IMG/VR virus record: IMGVR_UViG_3300005512_000117 | Span: 1-37,125 of that record | Length of the DNA stretch: 37,125 nt | Direction: 5' to 3' (one strand) | Origin: a virus | Lineage: Duplodnaviria > Caudoviricetes | Shown here: in pieces, positions 9,544-18,424 of the stretch | How the letters are laid out: every line of letters starts with the position of its first letter | Numbering within the stretch: position 1 is the first letter of the stretch | Program-made: the position numbers and the translations under genes | Notes under the pieces: generated by a model | What the model was told of the DNA's origin: nothing | The model's input: the letters and a program-made list of their open reading frames with translations, nothing else | Database searches by the model: none

Positions 9544-9993
9544 CTATCCGCCTTTAGTTGATATCAGCCAATATAAGAAGTAAGCGCATATCCCAACAGC
9601 AGAAAGGGTGGCAAGGGCAATAACAATGCCAAGAGTCCATTCCTTAATGAGCCTTTTCTTACGGGCTTTGGCTTGTGCGATACGCTTACGTTCATTTTCC
9701 CTCAACTGTTTCCTGTTGGCTATAAATTTCTGGTAGTCATCCCACAGCCCGGGGCGTCCTGCATAGATAAATAAATTTTTTATTTCGGCCTCTTTGGTCC
9801 GGATGTTTTCGAGCTCAAAGAAGCAATTCATGTCCCCTTCTTTCGCTCGCTTCTCAAGGTCTTCCTTGGCATCAGCAAGCTTAGTGAGGTGTGTCCCCAT
9901 TTGCCCAACAGATTGGACATGTCCCGCGAACTCTTTGATTGCACCAATGGCTTCATTAGCAATCTTGATTGCGGCCATGGCTTCAAGAATCAC
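9544..9993 (-). CDS. Hypothetical protein with coiled coil and C-terminal transmembrane helix
   Basis: 149 aa; basic coiled coil followed by WTLGIVIALATLSAVGICAYFLYWLI; GTG start with GAGGGG RBS. Confidence 0.65.
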   Translation of the reverse strand: MILEAMAAIKIANEAIGAIKEFAGHVQSVGQMGTHLTKLADAKEDLEKRAKEGDMNCFFELENIRTKEAEIKNLFIYAGRPGLWDDYQKFIANRKQLRENERKRIAQAKARKKRLIKEWTLGIVIALATLSAVGICAYFLYWLISTKGG

Positions 9994-10023
9994 GGCTTTC
10001 CCCTCACGAAATGTGCAAATGCA

Positions 10024-10236
10024 CTATTTAAACCACATGTGTTGTGTAACAAGAGTTGCTATTGCACCAAGAATCCCTGATGCGGATATCAAAAACGCAA
10101 GTGTTTTCCACCCGCCCTTGGTCTGTTGGACCTGATCCCTCATCCACTTGATGTCATCGCGGATCTCCCCCATCTCACGCTCAAGTGTTCTTAGTCGTGC
10201 TGACAGTTCCCCAAGCTCTCTATCTATTTCGGCCAT
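10024..10236 (-). CDS. Small coiled-coil + C-terminal TM protein (XhlA/holin-like)
   Basis: 70 aa: heptad coiled coil, then KGGWKTLAFLISASGILGAIATL. Confidence 0.6.
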   Translation of the reverse strand: MAEIDRELGELSARLRTLEREMGEIRDDIKWMRDQVQQTKGGWKTLAFLISASGILGAIATLVTQHMWFK

Positions 10237-10238
10237 CG

Positions 10239-10535
10239 TTAAACGCTCACTGTAACTGATCCTAAAGCCGCTGAAGCGGCGATACCGGAAGGAGCACTAG
10301 TGTGCAGTTCCGTAATCCTTAAAACCCCACCATGCTTGTATACAGAGCCCTCAGCTAATCCGTTATCGTTATCTTGAAGGTTGGTTAATACAATCTGGGT
10401 GAAGCGAGCGTCTCCCGGGTTTTGTTGTTGTGCCAAGTACACCGTGAATTGTCGAACAATCTCGGCCATGTAGCTCTGGCTGTACTCTCCCGGTGGTACC
10501 GGAAACTGCGGTAGCGCAAGAACACGAGAGCTCAC
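10239..10535 (-). CDS. Conserved hypothetical virion protein downstream of the nozzle
   Basis: 98 aa, LPQFPVPP.EY..Y motif; start overlaps the nozzle stop. Confidence 0.6.
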   Translation of the reverse strand: MSSRVLALPQFPVPPGEYSQSYMAEIVRQFTVYLAQQQNPGDARFTQIVLTNLQDNDNGLAEGSVYKHGGVLRITELHTSAPSGIAASAALGSVTVSV

Positions 10536-12415
10536 TACTTTCTCCCGTCTCTGCGGATGTCAAGCCTCGGTGCACCCAGTCTCCATTGCACACCTGACTC
10601 ATCTGATTCGACACGCAAGGCAAACGATCTGCCGCGCAGTCTTGTATATACTTGGTTTGTAAACTGCTCCACTGGGGTAGTCGATGATCTGACCACTTCA
10701 TTGGAGTTTGAGTTGTCGTAATTCGCGCCGGGGAATCTCCTCACCTTCACGGTGAAGTCTGCCTTCGGGCTTTCTGCGGCAGAGCCTGTGAATGTCAGGT
10801 CAGGAATCACCCTTGATATAAAGGCAAAATGATCTCCATCTTCAATGTCGATCTGACTAGACTCGATGTACGAGGTCATTGCTGAACCGTCATCATCATT
10901 GCCGCGCTCATGCAGATAGAGGTACTGACCTCCTGCCGCAATCGGGAACAGGTCAACGCCTCGGTCAATCGCCGCTGTTCTTGACAGCGTCCCGATGTAC
11001 CAGATGTTCTCGAGATAGTTGTAGACCACATAGCGATCAATGTCTTCGTTCGGATTATCTGGGTCGTCACCCTCTGAGGGATAGAACCACCACACTTCTC
11101 CGAATGATGAGTTCAGTACGCCGAACACCTTCTCGCGCTGATTCTTGTTGAAGTCGTCAAAGACATAGGACTTCACATCGCATGGCAACGGCTTGACCTG
11201 ACCATCGAACACATAGAAGTTCTCGATACCCATCCAATAAACAACATCGCCCGCAGGCACTGGTGAGTTCGGGCTAATGATTGTGGTGTTGGCAGATAGC
11301 TGTTGGATACCAAAGGTGAACGGAGGTCCGAGGAACTGCATTGAGTGCAGTGATATGTCGGTCCACACTAGGATCTGCTGTCGTGTTTCGACAGCGGTTA
11401 CGATCTCTGAGCCCTTGGATAAGCGTAAGCTACCCGCTGTGTTGGTTGCTTCGGGGTTCCACTTTGTTGGATCTTCCGATGAGCAGAAGCGGATCAGTAG
11501 CCTGTCCTGCGTCCCAATGTTGTCAACTGGGTCTGTGCCAAACAAGATAACATGTCTGTCTCGGTCCGATACAAGGACCTTAGTTGCCACTGTCGGGGTG
11601 GTTGCGTCAGCTCCTGCTCGGTCTGAGAGGGCTACAGCCCGTCCAAACGGAGAGCCTGACTGAGCGCTAGTGTCCCAGTAGTAAATGCCCGCATCACGGA
11701 CATTGATAATAATGTCTTCACCAAAATTATCATGAGACCAGATACGCAGAATGTTTGCACCTGAGGCATCTCGAATGTCTGCATTTGATGACCATTCGCT
11801 CCGGCCATATACGCCAACGCCCCAGCCTGTGCCGAAGATAGTGGTGTCAAGACCAACAGCAATCTGGAACTCCGCTGAGATCCCTGTGCCGCCGCCTGTC
11901 GCGGTGGATGTTGCCGCATTGGCAACTGTAATCTCAAACGAGTTAGCGTCAATGAGCGTGACTTGGAACTCTGTGTTCAAATCATCTGCGGCTACACCGC
12001 CTACAGCGGTAGCTCCACTGAAGATGACGAAGTCATTGTCATTCGCGCCATGATTGGTAATGTTGACGGTAACAGTCGTTGAGCCGCTGACCGTGTCAAA
12101 GCAATTGTCTGTGGTTGGGCTTTCAATAGTGGTCCTGATCGGGGTGATGTCGTTGTAGTCAATCCCCTCTAGGACGTAGTACTTGAGGTTTGTTCCGACA
12201 CCGAAATATTCCGTGCCGTCCAATGCAATCCACGGGTGAATCGCCCGACAGGTTCCTTGGAATGTGTTGCTGTTTAACTTCTCCCAGCCACCAATCTTTT
12301 CAGGCACACCTTTCCTGAAGCGCACCTTGTCGCCGTCGAACCATCCGCCCTCGTTGGCATACGATGTCAATTCTTTATTGATGCCGGGGCGTAGTTGTAC
12401 TTTGGATAACGCCAT
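10535..12415 (-). CDS. Tail nozzle / DNA stabilization protein (P22 gp10-like, tail tubular protein B)
   Basis: 626-aa beta-rich protein: PGINKE.T.Y..EGGW.DGDKVRFR.G.PEKIGGW at the N-terminus, EVWWFYP, YVVYNY, C-terminal R.RGR..A.R..S.....WRLG..R.D...DG; inserted TVTV..HG....D.V domain. Confidence 0.75.
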   Translation of the reverse strand: MALSKVQLRPGINKELTSYANEGGWFDGDKVRFRKGVPEKIGGWEKLNSNTFQGTCRAIHPWIALDGTEYFGVGTNLKYYVLEGIDYNDITPIRTTIESPTTDNCFDTVSGSTTVTVNITNHGANDNDFVIFSGATAVGGVAADDLNTEFQVTLIDANSFEITVANAATSTATGGGTGISAEFQIAVGLDTTIFGTGWGVGVYGRSEWSSNADIRDASGANILRIWSHDNFGEDIIINVRDAGIYYWDTSAQSGSPFGRAVALSDRAGADATTPTVATKVLVSDRDRHVILFGTDPVDNIGTQDRLLIRFCSSEDPTKWNPEATNTAGSLRLSKGSEIVTAVETRQQILVWTDISLHSMQFLGPPFTFGIQQLSANTTIISPNSPVPAGDVVYWMGIENFYVFDGQVKPLPCDVKSYVFDDFNKNQREKVFGVLNSSFGEVWWFYPSEGDDPDNPNEDIDRYVVYNYLENIWYIGTLSRTAAIDRGVDLFPIAAGGQYLYLHERGNDDDGSAMTSYIESSQIDIEDGDHFAFISRVIPDLTFTGSAAESPKADFTVKVRRFPGANYDNSNSNEVVRSSTTPVEQFTNQVYTRLRGRSFALRVESDESGVQWRLGAPRLDIRRDGRK

Positions 12416-12450
12416 GCGTGGTCCCTGAAAACGTGATAATAGCTAGCTCT

Positions 12451-12471
12451 ATGATACCACTAGGGGTATCA
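12451..12471 (-). promoter_or_regulatory. Inverted repeat (TGATACC-N6-GGTATCA) overlapping a possible extended -10 (TGG-TATCAT) upstream of the nozzle gene
   Basis: 7-bp perfect arms at 12452-12458 and 12465-12471 in the intergenic region. Confidence 0.3.
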
Positions 12472-12472
12472 A

Positions 12473-13171
12473 TCAGATCGAAAGATCGTCATTCCGGGTC
12501 GTTGAGCGACCCTCTAGTGGGCGACCGAGGATGGTCGTATTGGTCTTGTCTCCGTCCCATTCGTTGTAGGCGTATATGCCCATCTGATGAATAGGAAAGA
12601 TGTCTGCTCGGATCATGATGTCCAAGGGGGCACAGATACCAAACTTGATAACGTGTGATATTAGGTTTCGGGCTACCGCCGGATCAATGGCGTATGCATG
12701 TGCTCTACAGATGAAGTGGTAGTTCGGGCCCTCACTTGCGTGGGGCGGAGTTGGCAATACTTGCCATCCCTGATTGACCTGTTCGTGTCCGCCAAGATAG
12801 CAGATCGAGTTGTACACACTGTGCTGTCTGTATGGCTGAACCATAACAGCGTCATGCTCAAGTATCACAAGCGGCTTGTCTTCCAGTGCACATTTCTGCC
12901 AAAGGCTAATGTGCGACATAGCGCAGGCAACCTCACCCCGGGTCATGTAATGATCCGTTACCTTCAGCATGTCCATCATGCCGCCGTGATGATCAGGGTA
13001 TACAAGCTCGCCTGACAGGCCGTTATAGGCGTCCCAGTACTCCCATGGCATCCCGACTTGATCGCAGGACTGAGAGCATCTGAGAGCCTTCTGTTCGCCT
13101 TCTTCATGTCCGCTGACTCGTATTATGTAAGCCTTGTCAACAGAAAGATCGTATGCGTTAAACAGCTTCAA
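12473..13171 (-). CDS. Glycosyltransferase family 25-like protein
   Basis: KAYIIR, WDAY, TRGEVACAMSHISLW..C, ILEHDA, AHAYAI...A..L, PLD motifs of GT25 (LgtB/Lic2A-type). Confidence 0.8.
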   Translation of the reverse strand: MKLFNAYDLSVDKAYIIRVSGHEEGEQKALRCSQSCDQVGMPWEYWDAYNGLSGELVYPDHHGGMMDMLKVTDHYMTRGEVACAMSHISLWQKCALEDKPLVILEHDAVMVQPYRQHSVYNSICYLGGHEQVNQGWQVLPTPPHASEGPNYHFICRAHAYAIDPAVARNLISHVIKFGICAPLDIMIRADIFPIHQMGIYAYNEWDGDKTNTTILGRPLEGRSTTRNDDLSI

Positions 13172-13173
13172 CT

Positions 13174-14409
13174 TTATATCTTTTGCAGTAGTGTTGTATT
13201 GGACCGGCTAACGCTTGCTTTTGTCCAAGTAGTTCCTGCTCCAATTTGAACTGGGGAGGAGTAGGTGATTTGGTCTTCTTGTCCGAGGTTGCCATCATTA
13301 GTTTGGAAGCCACACCCATAAGCACTTCCATCTGACTTGATGGCAATCCAACACTGACCATAACCCAAAAGTGCTAGATCAGACCAATCCGTATCTGTAC
13401 CTATCTGAATCGGAGATGAATAACTCACTGCATCATTATTCCCGATTTCGCCAAGGTTTCTACCCCACCCCCAAAGCGTTCCGTCTGTTTTTATAGCGAC
13501 TACAGAGCTATGTGTTCCAACTGCTTTTGACCAGTTAGTCAGAGATCCTACCTGCTGTGGGGTGTAGTAGTTATTTGTATTGTTTAGACCATTGTTTCCA
13601 TAGAGCCCAAACCCCCAAGTGTACAGCTCCCCGCTTGTCTTTACTGCGTATCCGTTGTACTGGGCATTCCCCCCGATAAAGGCCCAGTCGGTATCCGAAC
13701 CTACTTGGACTGGGGACGAATATGACGTGGTGTTTCCTTGGCCAAGTTGTCCGCTAGTATTGGCCCCCCAAGCCCAAATGGTTCCATCAGTTTTAAGGGC
13801 AAAGGAATTGAGGCGACTACCGTACACCTGAGACCAAGTCGTTAAAGAACCAACCTGTACCGGCGAAGACCTTGCAACGTTATTATCGTTATGCCCTAAT
13901 CTTCCATCGCCTCCATTCCCCCAAGACCACAACGACCCGTCAGTCTTGATTGCTAAGCAATGCCCTTGGCCTCCGCCAAAAGATGAGCTACTGGTCCCCC
14001 AGTCCGTTAAAGACCCAATTTGGGTTGGTGAGGAACGATCTACTCTGTCATTAAGCCCAAGTTCACCTGCTACATTGGTTCCCATTGAGTACAATTGACC
14101 GGTGTTTTTTATAAGATATTGCACATCTGATGCGGCAAAGCCGAGCTCGTATTTGTCAGAGGACGATCCTATCTGAACAGGAGAAGACCTTGAGATCACA
14201 TCATTTAAGCCAAGGGCTCCTTGCAAGCTTCCGCCGATTACAAACATATTTCTCGTTAGTGTTTTTTTCGGCCAAGTCCCTGCTTTCTCGTTCTCAAGAA
14301 CATCTGTTAGGTTCCACATCCCGGATGCAGACCCACCCTCGCCGCCTGTAGGACCAGTGATCGTGGGCGGTGTCTTGGAGATGATTCCCCCGGGATATCT
14401 TTCGGACAT
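13174..14409 (-). CDS. RCC1/BLIP-II repeat beta-propeller protein (putative receptor-binding/tail accessory)
   Basis: About 7 repeats of [IL]KTDG.LW.WG.N..G.LG......SSPVQ[IV]G....W. Confidence 0.85.
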   Translation of the reverse strand: MSERYPGGIISKTPPTITGPTGGEGGSASGMWNLTDVLENEKAGTWPKKTLTRNMFVIGGSLQGALGLNDVISRSSPVQIGSSSDKYELGFAASDVQYLIKNTGQLYSMGTNVAGELGLNDRVDRSSPTQIGSLTDWGTSSSSFGGGQGHCLAIKTDGSLWSWGNGGDGRLGHNDNNVARSSPVQVGSLTTWSQVYGSRLNSFALKTDGTIWAWGANTSGQLGQGNTTSYSSPVQVGSDTDWAFIGGNAQYNGYAVKTSGELYTWGFGLYGNNGLNNTNNYYTPQQVGSLTNWSKAVGTHSSVVAIKTDGTLWGWGRNLGEIGNNDAVSYSSPIQIGTDTDWSDLALLGYGQCWIAIKSDGSAYGCGFQTNDGNLGQEDQITYSSPVQIGAGTTWTKASVSRSNTTLLQKI

Positions 14410-14412
14410 GGC

Positions 14413-14847
14413 TTATTCTCCGTAAGCATCGATTTCTGCGTGTGTAGTCAGTGCATCAATGGCTGTGCATGCGTTCTGATATGTAGTTCGGGCCGCAGTA
14501 ATTGCGTCAAGATCAGCCACTGTATTTGGATCTTCATCCAACTCTTTATCAGTTTCTTCACGAACAGCTTCATTCATTACTGCGCGAGCGTGACCCTTGA
14601 GAACGCCTTTGCGCTCATCGATTGTCAGTGTGCGCTTCGCCCAGATAATCTCTACTGGCGTTGCGTTCACATCAAATGAGTGCCCGTCATAAACTTCACG
14701 ACCATCTGTGATGTCTGGATGAATCTCTACAGCTTCAACCCAGCCACCTTCAGAGGCTTTCTTTTCAGCAGGCGGTTCGTAGTCCCAGACCTGCTTCACT
14801 TGTCCGTCTTTGACTTGGACCCAGTACCCAGTTTTCGTTGTTGGCAT
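14413..14847 (-). CDS. Hypothetical protein, possibly a tail-fibre assembly-type chaperone
   Basis: 144 aa with GAGGTG RBS; beta N-half and helical C-half ending R..Y......IDA......I, as in tail-fibre-associated chaperones; function inferred. Confidence 0.5.
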   Translation of the reverse strand: MPTTKTGYWVQVKDGQVKQVWDYEPPAEKKASEGGWVEAVEIHPDITDGREVYDGHSFDVNATPVEIIWAKRTLTIDERKGVLKGHARAVMNEAVREETDKELDEDPNTVADLDAITAARTTYQNACTAIDALTTHAEIDAYGE

Positions 14848-15832
14848 TTGAAATCACCTCGTTCAATTCAGCCTTAACATTGTTGAATGGAGCGTCCCAC
14901 TCACCATACTTTTCCTGTCGGAATAACTTGACAGAATCATACCATGGAGATTTGTCGCCCGGTAAAGCCCATACATAATAGGGCATGATGGGGACGACTA
15001 TCCACGTCTCAACACCCAAAGCCGCAGAACAATGCGCGATGGATGTGCAGGAAGTGATGACTAGGTCACACTTCGCAATCTCGTTGACTGTGTCGGTCCA
15101 TTGGTGCAAATGCACTTTTTTGACCCAGTCTGGCCTGAACTCAGACCCCTCGTCTCTTTGTAGAGAGACGTACTCTATGTCGTGTCCTTTGACTGCATCG
15201 AACAGTTGTTCGTGCGGAAAGACTCTGTGTTGTTCGTGCTCGAACTGTGGGTTGCCTGACCACTTGAGTCCTACTCTGAACTTGTCGCCCTTCTTTACTT
15301 CGGGCTTTGTCAGGTATGGACTTCCGTCAAGGTCATCAAACTCCATGCCCAAGCAGTAAGCCGCCGACATAGCTGGTACCCAGTAGTCGTAATACACACC
15401 CATGTTCTCAACAGCTTGTATCACTGCCGTTGTATAACCCTCTCTGGCAAACAACGGAACAAGTGCTGAATGTGCCGCAACGGTGACTATCGCACCACGG
15501 TCCCTGTAATTCTTTGCAAAGCGGAAGTTGATAATCTCGTCACCAAAACCGCCTTCACATTTTAGTATGACATGCTTGCCCGAGATGTCTTCGTTCGGGC
15601 GGGGGATTGCTCCCGGTAGGTGTTTGTTTCCAAACACTTCGATCTGCCTGCCAATGTTCATCCCTTCAAAGCCTTTGTTCAAAAGGCCATGACGCATATC
15701 ATGCCACCCAAGGTTGAATAGAGCCCTTGGGTCCTCCGGCATTGTGCGTAGAATTTCTTCGGACTTGTCCGGATCTCCGTTGATGCAATGTTGTAAAGCT
15801 ACGTCTAAAGGATGCTTACGTTGATCCAACAT
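14765..15832 (-). CDS. TPR-like + GT9 (heptosyltransferase-like, GT-B fold) glycosyltransferase
   Basis: N-terminal P.D.RA.FNLGW TPR-like helix; EGGFGDEI...RF, VGLKWSG, SLQ, DLVITSCTSIAHCSAALG, SPWYDSVKLFRQ...GEW motifs of TPR-GT9 fusions. Confidence 0.8.
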   Translation of the reverse strand: MLDQRKHPLDVALQHCINGDPDKSEEILRTMPEDPRALFNLGWHDMRHGLLNKGFEGMNIGRQIEVFGNKHLPGAIPRPNEDISGKHVILKCEGGFGDEIINFRFAKNYRDRGAIVTVAAHSALVPLFAREGYTTAVIQAVENMGVYYDYWVPAMSAAYCLGMEFDDLDGSPYLTKPEVKKGDKFRVGLKWSGNPQFEHEQHRVFPHEQLFDAVKGHDIEYVSLQRDEGSEFRPDWVKKVHLHQWTDTVNEIAKCDLVITSCTSIAHCSAALGVETWIVVPIMPYYVWALPGDKSPWYDSVKLFRQEKYGEWDAPFNNVKAELNEVISNANNENWVLGPSQRRTSEAGLGLRTAC

Positions 15833-16991
15833 TTACAATTAATCCTCCGCGACTAGTTGCGGCCCATGTTACACCTGTCAAAGTGCCTGCGGCAACTTGA
15901 ACTGGAGATGATCTGTTCGGAGTAGTGGTGCCGTCGCCAAACTCTCCATAGTTTCCCCGGCCCATTCCGTACAGCTCCCCGTTGGTTTTCCATGCGTAAG
16001 CTGTAGTCTGTCCCATGTGTGCTCCAGCCCAGTTAGTCAAGGCGCCTACCTGTGTTGGAGAGGAAACTGCAACGCTTACATTAAGGCCTAGCTCACCTCT
16101 GTCGTTTTGACCCCAAGCCCATAAAGTACCGTTTGTTTTTAGCGCGAGAACACTTGGGCCGCTAGCATAAACTTCAGCCCAGTCGGAGTCAGATCCAACC
16201 TGAACAGGAGATGATCGAAAAACGTTAAAACCTTGATCATTTCCACCCGCGCCATAGTAAGCGGACCCCCAATACCATAGGGTTCCATTTGTTTTTATCG
16301 CAAACCCCGGAGCAGTACTGTACCTAGTCATTTGATTCAGGTTAGCCCAGTCAGTGCCGGATCCGATTTGAACCGGAGATGATCTGTGTACTGTTGCTTG
16401 GTTGTCTCCAAGCCGACCGGCGGTAGCATCTCCTGCTGTCCATAACGTGCCGTCTGTCTTAATAAATGATGAATTGTTGTCTGACCCGCCATAGCCAGCT
16501 TTTGCCCAATTAGTCAACGACCCTACTTGAACTGGGGATGATTTGTTGATTTGGTTACCAATAGCGAGCATTCCATAGTTATTAACCCCTGTTACCCAGA
16601 GCCTTCCATCTGAATCTGGCGCCGCAAATCCACTAGTATTTGATGGTCCTTGGACCCCTGCGGCAGGGAAGACACCTGAGCCGCTTGTTACTTGAACCGG
16701 AGAGTTAGTAGCTACTGCGGTGTTGTTGATGTAACCGCCATTACCGCCCCAGCCAAATAACTCATCGTCTTCAGTGACACCTAGCATGTCAGAAGCGGTG
16801 CGTATCCACAATCTCGCATAGGCTTTATCCTGCTGTGTTAGCCTCAAGGTGGTGTCGGGTGTGGTTTGACCGCTGTCGCCCGCATTAACATTAATGGTAT
16901 AAAGCTGAGTAAGAGGCAAGCCCGTCCAAGTGCCTGCCGCAGTAGCCTGCATCTGTTCAGTAAGATTCCATTTACCTGAATATCTCGGCAT
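15816..16991 (-). CDS. RCC1/BLIP-II repeat beta-propeller protein
   Basis: Repeats of KT[ND]GTLW.WG.N..G.LG...SSP[VT]QVG.L.NW; N-terminal SGKWNLTEQ...AGTW peptide. Confidence 0.85.
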   Translation of the reverse strand: MPRYSGKWNLTEQMQATAAGTWTGLPLTQLYTINVNAGDSGQTTPDTTLRLTQQDKAYARLWIRTASDMLGVTEDDELFGWGGNGGYINNTAVATNSPVQVTSGSGVFPAAGVQGPSNTSGFAAPDSDGRLWVTGVNNYGMLAIGNQINKSSPVQVGSLTNWAKAGYGGSDNNSSFIKTDGTLWTAGDATAGRLGDNQATVHRSSPVQIGSGTDWANLNQMTRYSTAPGFAIKTNGTLWYWGSAYYGAGGNDQGFNVFRSSPVQVGSDSDWAEVYASGPSVLALKTNGTLWAWGQNDRGELGLNVSVAVSSPTQVGALTNWAGAHMGQTTAYAWKTNGELYGMGRGNYGEFGDGTTTPNRSSPVQVAAGTLTGVTWAATSRGGLIVNVGST

Positions 16992-18415
16992 TATGATTCC
17001 TTAAACACTATTTGCCCTTCATCACCAGTTGTCGCCACTGAATGATAGGTTGTATCAGAGCCGACCTGCACCGGAGAGGATTGATTGGTTGTCTGCGAGA
17101 AAGCGTGAGCCCCTGAACTAGCGGAGCCAGCTTGATACCATGTGCCGTCCGTCTTTATGAGGTTTAGAATGTAATAGGTAAATCCTGCGGCCCTATAGCT
17201 CCCGGCGAGCTGAACGGGGGATGATTTATTTGCGGTGTCGCCAGTGCCTAACTGGCCGTTAATACCACGTCCGAAAACGTAAACCTCGTCGTTTGTGTTC
17301 AGGACTGCAAATGCATCAGAAAGACCGGCCTGAGAGTTCATGGCATTTTTTGCGAAATCTGTTGACCAGTTTGTTAGTGCGCCTACCTGCACTGGAGAAC
17401 TTCTGTGTATCCCGTTTGTATTTAGGCCTAAAATACCGCTGTTGTCAGACCCCCAGCTCCAGAGAGTGCCGTTTGTTGCAACAGCATTTTGAGCCTGATC
17501 GTCTGATTGAATTGTGGCGAATTGCTTCCCAGAGATTTGTATTGGAGAAGACCTGCTCTGCAAAGCGGCATTTTGTGCCGACGCACCAAACTGATCTCCG
17601 CCAAAAAAATACGTTGAATTATCTGTCTTTATAGCAAATGTAGAATTGTCAGAACAGACCACATTTTTCCAGTCGGTATCTGATCCCACTTGGACTGGGG
17701 ACGAGCGATCTATTACGTCACCAAGACCCAGTTGTCCATAGATATTGCGACCCCATACCCACAAAGTGCCGTCAGTCTTGACTGCCGAGCAGTGATTGGC
17801 TCCCATGGATACCTGTTCCCAGTCCGTTAGACTTCCCACTTGAGTAGGGGAAGACACGTTGGCGGCGGATTGGTTGTCTCCAAGCATTCCATATAGGGGG
17901 CGACCCCAAGTAAAAAGTGTGTTGTCTGTTTTAATGGCCGCGCCTGCCGGATTTTTTCCGGCGGCAACATTTTTTACGGCAACAAGATTATCGCCAGTTA
18001 GAACGCGAGTTTCGGTTGTTTTATTCCCTGCTACGCCAACGCCGAGTTGGCCATAAGCATTCTGACCGACACCGTAAAGATTTAATCCGGTCAAGGGATT
18101 TGTTGCATTCCCGTATCCAGACCAACCTCCGGGTCCATACTCACTGAACGCCTGAATAGCAAATGTCTTTTCGTTGCCGTCAGAGTATGAGAAAGATGCA
18201 GGAGATGAAGCGACCGACTGAACCGCCTGTGTGCCGTCTGTACTGTCAAGTGATGTCACTGTGTAAGACGTGATAGTTCCGGCGCCCGTATCACTTGGCG
18301 CAGAAAAGGCTACGTCAATAGACTCATAGCCTGCTGTTGTCGAACTAATTGTGGGCGCATTTGGCGCCTTTAGAGGCTGGAAGCCTCCAGAGATCACTCC
18401 ACCTTTACGAGGCAT
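16991..18415 (-). CDS. Fibronectin-III-like domain + RCC1/BLIP-II repeat protein
   Basis: PNAPTI....G..SI.V.F.AP...G...ITSY.V ...A....G.G..S (FN3-like), followed by about 7 RCC1 repeats with SSPVQ[IV]G. Confidence 0.85.
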   Translation of the reverse strand: MPRKGGVISGGFQPLKAPNAPTISSTTAGYESIDVAFSAPSDTGAGTITSYTVTSLDSTDGTQAVQSVASSPASFSYSDGNEKTFAIQAFSEYGPGGWSGYGNATNPLTGLNLYGVGQNAYGQLGVGVAGNKTTETRVLTGDNLVAVKNVAAGKNPAGAAIKTDNTLFTWGRPLYGMLGDNQSAANVSSPTQVGSLTDWEQVSMGANHCSAVKTDGTLWVWGRNIYGQLGLGDVIDRSSPVQVGSDTDWKNVVCSDNSTFAIKTDNSTYFFGGDQFGASAQNAALQSRSSPIQISGKQFATIQSDDQAQNAVATNGTLWSWGSDNSGILGLNTNGIHRSSPVQVGALTNWSTDFAKNAMNSQAGLSDAFAVLNTNDEVYVFGRGINGQLGTGDTANKSSPVQLAGSYRAAGFTYYILNLIKTDGTWYQAGSASSGAHAFSQTTNQSSPVQVGSDTTYHSVATTGDEGQIVFKES

Positions 18416-18424
18416 AACTTACCC

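Noticed and set aside
13174-18415. Possible diversity-generating retroelement target or CRISPR-like array among the repeats
   Set aside because: Repeats are protein-level RCC1 blades; no reverse transcriptase, no TR/VR pair with adenine-specific differences, no repeat-spacer structure
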